From contig JBHGNT010000011.1 of NCBI GenBank assembly GCA_043228905.1, positions 806,001 to 870,000 of the forward strand: DNA of 64,000 nucleotides. Direction: 5' to 3'. The first letter of the stretch is position 1. Each line of letters begins with the position of its first letter. Made by a program: the position numbers and the translations under genes. A model generated the notes under the pieces. It was not told the origin of the DNA, did no database searches, and worked only from the letters and a program-made list of their open reading frames with translations. Shown here one piece after another: positions 1 to 10,018 of this stretch. Source of the DNA: Azolla caroliniana (taxonomy: Eukaryota; Plantae; Polypodiophyta).

Positions 1-1411
1 TCATCTTATAATATTTACTAAAACCTGTTGCCCCATTTGTGATGCTATGTGGATACACAAATGGAATGATGGAAGCATACCATGCATATATACAGTACAG
101 GCATATTCGCTATCATGCATCATATCATCCAACAAATGCTTCTACATTTGGGATGAGTTAAGATATAAATCACGTCATTGTAGAGAATGCCATGAAAATG
201 AATTAACAATTGAAACACCGGTGACAAATTTACACAATTTATAATTCAACTACAATCCTAATTGCCCAAATCGACACAATTATGAATAAACCAATACACC
301 ATTCATTGTGAACGACCTGGATCATCATTGTAGTTCAGTAGACAGAATTCAAAATGAAAAGATTACAAATGTTTCCAGCACAATCAAACATCTCTAGAAC
401 CAACATCACAGTTTGAACTTCCCATCCACAACTCTCAACTGAGAATAGTAAGCACAACAACAGAATCACAGCAAGGACAAAGATCAAGCAGCATAAAGGA
501 GCAAAGCGAGGAAGAACAGCAGCCTTAAAGAATCACACAAACAATTCGAGCTTACCATCCACAAAGGTAGTGGAAAAGATAGTGGCCTAAGAAAATCATG
601 CAAGATTTTCATGCTTGGCAACCCCAATAAGCAAAAAGAAGACAGAAATAAGAATATACTTTGACACCATAAGCATAACAATGTCCAAAATATTGAAGGA
701 AGAAGATCAACAGAGATGAACATATCATCACAGAAGAACAATGGACTATACATTCCATTCAAGTGAGCCAAAAGCAAAATGGCAACACAGGATTTCCCTT
801 GTGTTAATTTCTTAACCTCTTCTTCTTCCTTCAGTTTAGGGTTTACCTCCATCGAAGATGCCCTCTCTGTGGCTTACATTAGAAATGTTAACAAATCTTT
901 CCTGCACGGAGCTTTGACAGTCTCTTAACTCCAATAAGATATTGAAAAGCAGTAGCCAAAAACAGCATCAAACTATACCAAGAACTCTTTTAAAAACATA
1001 CCAAACAACATTTACAGATTCTGGACAACAGTAAACCATCAGATTGGTGTAGAATTGTCATTATCATAGAGAAACTATACAAGCAAATCCGGTAGAAAAT
1101 TTGAGAGAACAATTATCACCATATTACAATCGTTAATACATGAAATCCAATAGAAAGAACAGACTCATACTCATGATGTTTCATTACTATGTATTTATAG
1201 TCAATTCGGAATATTGCTTTCAACACATGTAACAATTTGGGATGAGTAACCTGCACAAAATTTAAAATCCAAGAAAAATAACTGCATTGATTATCATTAA
1301 ATAGTTTGGTGCCGCCGACAAAAAAGATCACTAGTTCAGAGGTCAAGTACAAAACAGACCATAGGGTAGCTCTAGATTTTACACCAGAAAAAAAACACCA
1401 CTGAACTAGAC

Positions 1412-3579
1412 CTAATTTCTCCTTCCACCACCCTGGTAGCCTCCAGGGATTGGGGGTTTCCCATAACCTCCGCCTGCAGCTGGAGCCTCCTGCACAAAAT
1501 AAGAACATAAAAACATAGAGAAAAGAAGTTAACAAATATGTACAAGTGTTTAATTGTCAGGTATGCGACTCAAAAGAACAGATAGCTTACTGCTTTCACA
1601 ACTCCAGGTAAATTGCTCATGTTCAATGCTTGTAACAAATCCATAGTTTCCTTGTCAACCTAGGTAGAAGGAAGAAAACAAATTCAGCACAGGGAGTATA
1701 AAACAGTTTACAAACCACGTAACCAGTGTCAATGCGTCATTGAAGAAAACTTTGAAAATTCAGAAAACATTAGGGTCTAGAATCTTTGAAATCTTGGTCT
1801 TAAGAAACTGTGCATTGGATGGATTGCTAATACATTCAGGATAGGGCAAGAAATGTCAAATAAAGGCCATACAGGATAACGCATTGAACTATCTCAGTTG
1901 ATGGTCAAGTTAAATAGAACAGATACTTGATATTCTCATGCTCTTCAGTAAGACAGGTTAGACCAATTCTCCTAAACTGAACTACCACAGTGTTATCGAC
2001 CAGCACAAAATCAACAAGTGGTGATACCTCAATCAGGTCGGTCTTGATAGCAGACTCCTCAGGAACAAAGTCCATTCTCCTCTCTCTCTCCTCCTCTTGA
2101 AGCTTCAGCGAGATACCACGAACAGGTCCTCTTTGTATGCGTTTCATCAAATGCTAACAAAAAAAAGCCAAGCTAACATTTAGAAATAGGCAAACTGAAA
2201 ACAATTGTAACGATACTTGGGTACTAACTTCAAATTATTAATGATATAAGACCTTAACACATGATATACAAAGATTAAAATGACATAGTGAGGACAAAAT
2301 AGAATTAAATAAGACAGAGAAAACGGACTATTAAAATGCGATTCTAGGATTAGAAATCTGGCATTATTGGTCGTCAAATGTTGCAGGATAGATGCAGGAC
2401 GCATTTTAAACGGCGTTCAACTCTAAGCAAGACTAAATTTCAAAGGTTCGGGGTAGAAGAAGTCATTTGCTATGAACTGTTTGTATCATCATAAACGTCA
2501 TAGATTTGACATGCAAATGGGTATAGGAAATTCACATTACATTGCGTTAACTGTTGCAGATAAAATACTATAAAAATCACGCCATCACCAAATTCTTCTT
2601 TAGAAGAAAAATTAGGACTAAGAAAGTATGGAAGACAAACAAGTTGTGAAATTCGGAAATGGACAATAGAAAAGGGAACCGGATAGGACGACACAATACA
2701 ATTAGTTAAGACTGCTTCCAAACCAGGAAGGTAGCAACTTCGAAAACATAATGCAACGAATTTAGATCAAACTCGTCTTGAAAAACACTACATCATACTT
2801 ATATGACAGAAACACGTAAATGCTAAAGGACTTTAGCATATCAACAGAGACTCGTTTTGAAATATTTTATAGAGACAAAATCTAGCCATACTTCCAGAGT
2901 TCAGATTCTGACAAAACAGAGCCGTTAAATTTGGCAATGGAGTAATAAGCAAACGCTACCATATTCCTCATGTGATGATAAGAGTAACTGGTCAAATGCG
3001 ATAATAGAGGAATTAATAACTCAGTGCTGCAATTAGCGCACCTGCGTAAGAACGAAACAAAAAACGCAAATTTTTCAGATCTAATAATAGGGTTTAAGGA
3101 GGCTCACAGTAGCAAATCCAGCGATCTTGTTGCGGAGGCGCTTGGTGGGAATGATGGCGACTTCCTCAGCGATCTTCTTGTTAGTCTGGAAATCCAGGGC
3201 CATTCGAGAGTAGTACCTCTCGATCATCACACGAGAAGACTTCTTCACTGTCTTTGTCCTGACACGCCCCTGAAGAAAGAAGCAAACTCAAAATAAAGAC
3301 AGGAAAACAAAACGGGATCATATGAGCGACACGCAGTGTGGTGGGAACAAATGGAAACGCGTGACATGAGAAAGGATCGCGAACAAAAAGGGAGGAAAAC
3401 AGATAGTAGGAGGGGGAAGAAACAGGAGGAAGACAAGGAACGGACAGAGAGTTGCGCGGCAACACGGAAGAGAGAATCGAGAGGTTTAGGGTTTAGAAGA
3501 CGAGGAAATCTTAGCATGGGAAACCAACACAGGGAGAAGCAAAATCGAAAGGAATACAGAGACAGAGAGAGCTTACCAT
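1412..3579 (-). CDS. RPS17: 40S ribosomal protein S17 (eS17), 5 coding exons, ~145 aa
   Basis: Exons 3579-3577 (ATG), 3269-3108, 2153-2028, 1659-1591, 1489-1412, all GT-AG and phase 0. They give [91 protein letters not shown]...GGGRRN*, the canonical eS17 sequence. Confidence 0.97.
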
Positions 3580-3785
3580 GGTGAAGGAGAGATGGATAGG
3601 TGAGGCTAAGGGGGAAGGAAGCTCCTTCGAGGGAGAAGGTTATGGCGGACGCCGCAGGGAAGAGAGACAGAGAGAAAGGAGCAGCAGGAAAAAAAAAGAC
3701 CTAAAAACACAGTGAGACTGTGGTGATGTGATGAAGGCGAGAGAGATGGCGATGGTGGGTGTGACTGTGTGTGATTAGGGTTTTG
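3484..3785 (-). promoter_or_regulatory. Telo-box (AAACCCTA) motifs in intron 1 and upstream of RPS17
   Basis: TAGGGTTT on + at ~3487-3494 and ~3776-3783; telo-boxes are typical of plant ribosomal protein genes. Confidence 0.55.
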
Positions 3786-6129
3786 GATGTCCGGTTTCAC
3801 ACTATGGGCGCCCAACAGAGCGTGTCTATTGTTGGGTGGGGGTGGGGGGGGGGGGGGGGGGGGGGAGAGAGAGATGGGATCTTCTTTCCCGCAGGCTTTC
3901 GGTCCAGGACTCGCGTTATCGCTGCCCTGCCACTCGTATAGCTCTCGCTATTATCGGCCCCGCCAGATAATATGGTTCCTTCTCTGAGCCCCCATTCTAT
4001 AACACCTCTCACGCTTATGGATGGGCCTCATTGTCCTGGAGCGCCCTCCCCGTTCCATGGGTCTAATCTAACGCTTCCTCGGGTTCTCTGAGTTGCCTGG
4101 GCTTATTCATGATCTGAGCTCCATATGAATCTGATCGTCTTCTTTGTCCTTGCCTAGCTCCTCAGTTGCCGCCCTGATGGATTACTATAATAAGAAACGA
4201 TATTATGTATAGTTCATAATGTGTTTCGGTTTGTCTATTATTCATATCGAGGGCTTCTAGAATTGTTCTCACCCTTGATTCTTATCATTGTGCGCCCTTT
4301 AGGCAAGGCAACTTTCATACATGGTCTAACATGCCTCTCTCCCCCCATTTAACCTTAATTATATGCATTATACTTTTCACACCATAGCCTTCAATATGAC
4401 ATTACACCCACTAGACATCCAATTGTATGATAAATTATCGCGTACTATGTTGTATTGTAGTATTCTAAACACCAAGATAAAGTGTGAGGGTTAATTGAGA
4501 GTGTAAAGAAGGGAGGATTGGTTTTAATCGTAGGAATTGAGACAACCCATAAGGGCCAAGTGTGAACTTACTTGAGGGCCTTAGGTCTAGCTATAAATAT
4601 GAGGCCTAGCTACCCTCATTAGGGACCTTATTCGACTACATCCAGATTGTGATATTGTGGTGAACAAACTATTGTAGTGAGTGTGCCAATACCATGTACG
4701 ATTTGATGCCATGGCGATGGTATGGGATGCCAAACAAGGCTCAAGTCCGTCTCAATCCCTTTGCTTGGGGGGTGGTCGAGTGGATCGACACCATTCGTTC
4801 TCTCTCTTTCTCTTATTTATCTATCATTTATTTCCTTATTTCACACTTACATTAGAAATAATCTCTAACACTATGCATGTTGGATTTTGCAAACAAAAAA
4901 AAGAAGTTAATTTATGGAGGATGTCGAGATAACAACCTCAACCACACACCTCGTACATGAACATATACACCTTGGGGCTTGGGTAGATGCCAAATGAAGT
5001 GCTTGTCACATATATGTCATATCGTATGGTTATTTGACATTCTAGAGTTTTGGTCATTACGTGTAATATGTCGTGTGGTGTAGCTTAGCACGAGGTTATT
5101 AGAAGTTCTAGAGTCTTGCCACTTGTATGGTATGTCATATTGTATGATTTAGAGAAGGTTGTTAGAAGTTCTCGAGTCTTGCTACATATATTTTGTATGA
5201 CATAACATAAGTTCTAGACTATTACCATATATATGGTGAATAGAATGGCATGCATTACCCTCATGAATAATGTATAATGGGATCCTTACCATGTTGCGAG
5301 GGTTTTACAAGGCATCACTAGAGTGACCATTAGCTTTTACACTTTTACGATAACAAGAAACGTTGCTCCAACATGTCTTGTTATCGTAGATTACGCAATC
5401 GTGTGGTGGGGTGCAATAGTTGGAAAGTTAGGGACTTAATTTGTGCCTTACATGAGCCAATAGTTACATATTTATTGGATCGGATTCTATAATTCTATTT
5501 ATGTTAGTGGCATCAATGATAATTTGAGACTCTTCTAGAGACGTAATGAAATCATTGCGTTAGTTCTTGTGTTCTTCTCTAAAGTCGTGGGCTAAGTAGT
5601 TAGAGACAACAAGCTCTCATCGGTGCTCTCTAACTTATTTTTTGCAAATAACACCCAACCTTGAAAATGGTTGTCTTGCATACCTTACTCATGTGCTTGA
5701 GTGTTTAGTTGTTGTCAAGGCTCATCTCTAGTATTGAGTTTAGCCAAACTTTTCTATGGCAGTGCAAGTAGAAGTGCACTGACAATTAACTACAATTGTG
5801 ATTCAAGTGGTGCAAATGCATTGCTAGTGATAGAGTTGTTACTCAAGTGTTTCCACTCAAAACATGGCATTCCACAATGCCACATCCTTGGATACGGCCT
5901 TTGTTGACCATATGATGGGTGTGAACATGGGCATCCCATTGTTGCATGAGATGATAAGTTAGGTTTAGTTTGTGGTGATCAAAATATACAATTGAGTCGT
6001 CAGAAAGCAACATGTGGCTTGAGTATCCAAATAATTTTTGCTAAGCTAAAATGGTCATTCACCATCATTCTTTACAAAACAAATAACTACTATATAGACC
6101 GATAGCTTTAGGGTGAGCATAACCTAATC

Positions 6130-6222
6130 TCCATGGCTGCAGCTAACTAAAAAGCCATAATGTATTATTTAAGTATATCCTAAATAATACATTATGGCTT
6201 TTTAGTTAGCTGCAACCATGGA
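6130..6222. repeat. Near-perfect inverted repeat (hairpin), 42-bp arms, 9-nt loop
   Basis: 6130-6171 is the reverse complement of 6181-6222 with one mismatch. Confidence 0.9.
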
Positions 6223-6513
6223 AAAATAAGCAAGATTAGGAAAAATAAAGGGGCCCTTGAAGAGAAAGGGTACTCATTTAAGCCTAAGTTGATCCTTTGT
6301 CAATTGACAATGGATCTAATTTTTATGGCCAAACTTTGGGATGTCACCTAGTCAAAAACATAAAGAGAATGTGTGAGTGAGTGATTCAATAAGTATGTTG
6401 GCCATAAGCTTTAATTTTGCACAACTTACCCTTGTATTTATGTTTTATATTTTACTTTGACCATATGTCATTCTCTTATGACACATGTATTTTCGTTAAA
6501 ATTCCTTGCACTT

Positions 6514-6931
6514 TGTTATTCGCTGGCCGGACAAGGCCTAACACAAGGTGTCACGGAGACACTTCACCAAAGGGTGATTACGGCATAGGATTAAGATTAA
6601 ACGATTACACCGACTTAAGCAGGTTACACGATTAGAGTGCTTTGGTTAATTACACGCGTAAGATATAACAGTAATTACAGAACGGAAATCAAGACAGAAG
6701 TATAAACATCATAAGCTCTATTAATTATCCGCTGCCATTACAATGGGGTCCGGGCCTTTAAATAGGTTTCCGGCCCGTAGTACAAAACGGTGCCTCTCGC
6801 ACCTATTCGGGATCCGTCCGGATCTGGAACGGCATACCGTTTCCAGTCCGTCCGTCCACACTATGCTTATTACAACCATACTTAATTAATTCCTTCACTC
6901 CGTATTTTGGACTCCTTGCCGGCCGGTAACA
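6514..6931 (-). repeat. 3' LTR of the gypsy element
   Basis: Direct repeat of 15895-16312 with 4 substitutions counted by eye; TATA-like TATTTAAA on - strand. Confidence 0.96.
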
Positions 6932-6933
6932 CA

Positions 6934-6950
6934 TGGCACGCCCGTGGGAC
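6934..6950 (+). other. Second, opposite-strand PBS-like site TGGCACGCCCGTGGGAC where the polypurine tract is expected
   Basis: Starts with TGG 2 nt inside the 3' LTR; matches the complement of the recalled plant tRNA-Arg(TCT) 3' end (...GTCCCAC[T/C]GGGCGTG-CCA) with a 1-nt gap. Confidence 0.72.
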
Positions 6951-6983
6951 AGTACCTTGTACGTCGAACCCTTCTTGGCCCCT

Positions 6984-9827
6984 TCATTGTTCACCCAAAT
7001 TGTCCAAATTACTTTGTTCCAGAATTTCCACTTGTTCTTCCGGTTGTGGTTGCTGCGGCTGTGCTTGCTGCTGCTGCTGTGGTTGCGGTTGGGACTGATG
7101 CTGCTCCGGCTGCTCTGCTTGCTGCTGCTGCTCCGTTTGTTTCTCTGACTCCGGCATCTCCGTTTGACTGCTTCCGGTCCGGTCTCCTTCCAGTAACGGT
7201 TCCTCATCACTGAGGTTGACCGTAACCGGTTCTCGTGCTTTCTCTTCCCGGATCCGGGACCTCTCGTAGCTTTCAAACTGGATCTGCGCCTCCAGCCTGT
7301 CGTCGTCCAGCTGAGCTACAAGTTGCCGGACTTGCCCTAGTTGGTCGTCTGCCAAGGCTTGAAAGTCCTCGGCCAGCTCATCCCTTATGCCGGTGAAGTC
7401 TTCGGAAGTCAGCATATAACAATCATCTCCCTCCTTCCGCCGGTTCTCCACATCGGCCCGGAGCAATTGGAGTTCTGCCGCGTTCGTGGCCCACTTGGTC
7501 CACCATTTGACGGAACCGTTGTCAATCAAGCTCTTGGTCTGGTTCAACCAGGCCCGCATGATATCCTGGATGCGAATTGCTCCCATTTGCGCTCTGCTTT
7601 CCACCACTTGTCGCTCCTCCTTCAACTGCTTGATGAGATTCGCCGTATCCTCCGCCTGCTCTCTGTAGCGCGTCAGCTGCCCTTGATATGTCGTTTGCAG
7701 CCTCTGCAGTACCTTCGCCGCCCTTTCTTTTTCCGCCTGCTGTTGCCTGAGGAGCTCTGTCCGAACCTTCTCCGCCTCTTCCAACCGTCTTCTGGTTTCC
7801 GCTTGTTCCTTGGCGAATGCGGTTGCGGTCCGATCAACTGCTTGCCGGAGCTCATCCGTCCGTTCCTTGTGCTCCGTTTGCAACCGTTTATACTCCCGGT
7901 GCAAGTTCTCAAATTCCTCTGTTTTTTGTTTGAGCTTGCCGTTGATCTGGCGATGGTTCCGGTCCTCCCGGTCCTTTACCTGCCAGAGTTCCTCTTTCAG
8001 GCGCTCTACTTCTGTTTCGGCGTTCCTCCGGAGCCTGTCCTTCTCTTGCAGCATTTTCTCCTTCTCCTCCTTGAGCCGGTCGTACGCTTGGTGGCCCTTC
8101 CGTAAACTCTCCTCGGCCCGGCGTAAATTGTCAGCAGTCTTCTTGAGTTCTGCCTCAGCTGCCGTCTTCAACTCTCTTTCGCGGCTCCTCAACGCTTCTT
8201 GGGCAACTAGCTCATCCTTTAAATCCGCAAGCTCTTGGGCTTGTGCCGCATTTCTCTCCGGAACGGTTTCCGTTGCCGGGGTCTGATTGCTATGTACAGG
8301 TTGATCTGACACTTTATTCTGTACATTGCCCGGAGTCACCGGTGCTTGGACTTGTGTTGTCAAAGCCAATTGAGCCATTTCCCTTGTGACCCTGTCCAAG
8401 TCTTGTTCAAGGCTCCGGATTCTGGACCGGGCCGTCTCTAGATCTACGGTTGTGACGAGCAACCGTTCTTGGTGCGCTCTCTCCTCCGCCTCTATATACT
8501 CGACCGCTCCGGCGATTTGCTCGCCTACCCACCGTAGCCACATGCTACTGGTGCCTTGCTGCTGTACTGGCCGGGTCGGCTCATTCACTGTGGAATTGTC
8601 TGGCCTGAGTGCCTGCATATGCCGTTCTGGTTCTACTCCTTGGCCGCCGTGTGTGCTGGCTGGGCTCGCCGGCTGTTGAGTTCCGGTTCTCGCCGTCTCC
8701 GAAACCGTTGGGATGACTTCTTCTATAGAAGTCGACAAGGCCGGTTCCATACGCACCGGTTCTGGTTCCTCCCTTGTGGTTTGCTCAGGTTGGGTTGGGG
8801 GCGTTTCTTCCTCTCGCGGGTATGACCGCTCCCCTGCTGTCCCGGCGGTCCTACTTCTTGACCGTCGTTGGAGGTGCTCTTCTGCCTCCTCCGTTTCCTC
8901 TTCCTGGGTAACGGCATGTTTCTGTGCCGTCAAGGGTTCCGGTTCCTTCTGTCCCGGTCGCCGTATGGTTATCTTAACGGGTCGGACCGGTGACACCTCC
9001 TCCGGTTCTGGGACCCGTTTCTTCCCTTTCGTCGCCTTCGACGCCAGCAGCTGCTGTCGTTTGGACGCCGGCTTCGAGGTGCTTCCTTCCGATACTCTTG
9101 GCCGCTTCTTTGGCTGAACGGTCTCGACCGGCGGCACGAGCAATGTTATCCACTGAGCTACGGCATGCCACAGCTTCCGGCCCTCCTTGCCGTCCTTTCC
9201 TCGTACCATGTCGATTGCCACGCACAAACCGTCTGCAATCAACACCGGCCAATCCACCTTGGTCCCTTCATAGGTGGCTATGATCATCCCTGCCCGATTT
9301 TTTGGCATGACAAGGGGTCGGGGGTACACGTGGCCGTACTCATGGAGCACTCGAGCTATCTCCCTGAATAGCGGATCTTCGCCGCCCTGCGTTCGATAGC
9401 CTTTGCCGGCAACCGAGTACTCTCCGAAATATCGGATGAGTTGCTCCGAGGATGGGTTATCAATCTGAAAAATACCTCCCTTCGGAAGGCCTGTTAGCGC
9501 ACGGATCGCTTCCTCTTTGATGACTTCCGTGTCGAGCTCCTTGATGACCCGGTCGGCTTCTCTGTGCGGTGGTGCCTCCATGATGGCCAAGAACCCCTCC
9601 AGTCCGTGTTGCCTGAACCATTTCCTGGCCGCTTCCGACAGCGTTTGTGGTTCCATGTCTGCTTCGAGGTCGAGGAAAGATGGCGAGGTGGAGTGGTGAT
9701 GAGAGTGAGAGCGAGAGAGAGAGCGTTCTGAACGCGGGGGTTCTCTGAGTGCAGGTTCGCGTTTGCTAAGCTTCCACTGCCTTGGTGCTTCTGTGCTTCT
9801 TGGCTCGCGAAAAAAGAAGGTCTCCAT
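6984..9827 (-). CDS. Additional retrotransposon ORF downstream of pol (947 aa; globular N-terminus plus long coiled coil)
   Basis: Uninterrupted ORF between integrase and the 3' LTR, same strand as gag-pol; E/K/R/Q heptad-rich C-terminal half; Q/E/P tail. Confidence 0.85.
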   Translation of the reverse strand: METFFFREPRSTEAPRQWKLSKREPALREPPRSERSLSRSHSHHHSTSPSFLDLEADMEPQTLSEAARKWFRQHGLEGFLAIMEAPPHREADRVIKELDTEVIKEEAIRALTGLPKGGIFQIDNPSSEQLIRYFGEYSVAGKGYRTQGGEDPLFREIARVLHEYGHVYPRPLVMPKNRAGMIIATYEGTKVDWPVLIADGLCVAIDMVRGKDGKEGRKLWHAVAQWITLLVPPVETVQPKKRPRVSEGSTSKPASKRQQLLASKATKGKKRVPEPEEVSPVRPVKITIRRPGQKEPEPLTAQKHAVTQEEETEEAEEHLQRRSRSRTAGTAGERSYPREEETPPTQPEQTTREEPEPVRMEPALSTSIEEVIPTVSETARTGTQQPASPASTHGGQGVEPERHMQALRPDNSTVNEPTRPVQQQGTSSMWLRWVGEQIAGAVEYIEAEERAHQERLLVTTVDLETARSRIRSLEQDLDRVTREMAQLALTTQVQAPVTPGNVQNKVSDQPVHSNQTPATETVPERNAAQAQELADLKDELVAQEALRSRERELKTAAEAELKKTADNLRRAEESLRKGHQAYDRLKEEKEKMLQEKDRLRRNAETEVERLKEELWQVKDREDRNHRQINGKLKQKTEEFENLHREYKRLQTEHKERTDELRQAVDRTATAFAKEQAETRRRLEEAEKVRTELLRQQQAEKERAAKVLQRLQTTYQGQLTRYREQAEDTANLIKQLKEERQVVESRAQMGAIRIQDIMRAWLNQTKSLIDNGSVKWWTKWATNAAELQLLRADVENRRKEGDDCYMLTSEDFTGIRDELAEDFQALADDQLGQVRQLVAQLDDDRLEAQIQFESYERSRIREEKAREPVTVNLSDEEPLLEGDRTGSSQTEMPESEKQTEQQQQAEQPEQHQSQPQPQQQQQAQPQQPQPEEQVEILEQSNLDNLGEQ

Positions 9828-10018
9828 GCGCTCCTCTTTTTCTCTGTGCGTCTTGGCGCCTTTTTTCGAGCATGCGCACGTTGTGTACCGATTTAGTATT
9901 AAGTAACGTGGCGGCTCTTAAATGCCCACTACGTACCTTTTCGCTCCTTGCTTTCACACCCGTTCATACCTCGATTTTTAATGATTTTTTTTTTTTTTTT
10001 TAATGACGGTATGTAATC

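Noticed and set aside
484-1535. ORFs 484..852 and 1116..1535 (-)
   Set aside because: No homology recognised; the second overlaps the last RPS17 exon in another frame and its 3' UTR.
2154-3107. Intronic snoRNA in RPS17
   Set aside because: A C-box-like ATGATGA occurs near 2490 on - but I found no properly spaced D box or terminal stem.
6968-6985. Purine-rich GAAGGGGCCAAGAAGGG (- strand) as the PPT
   Set aside because: It lies ~36 nt from the LTR and is interrupted by CC; a PPT normally abuts the LTR. Kept only as an alternative to test.
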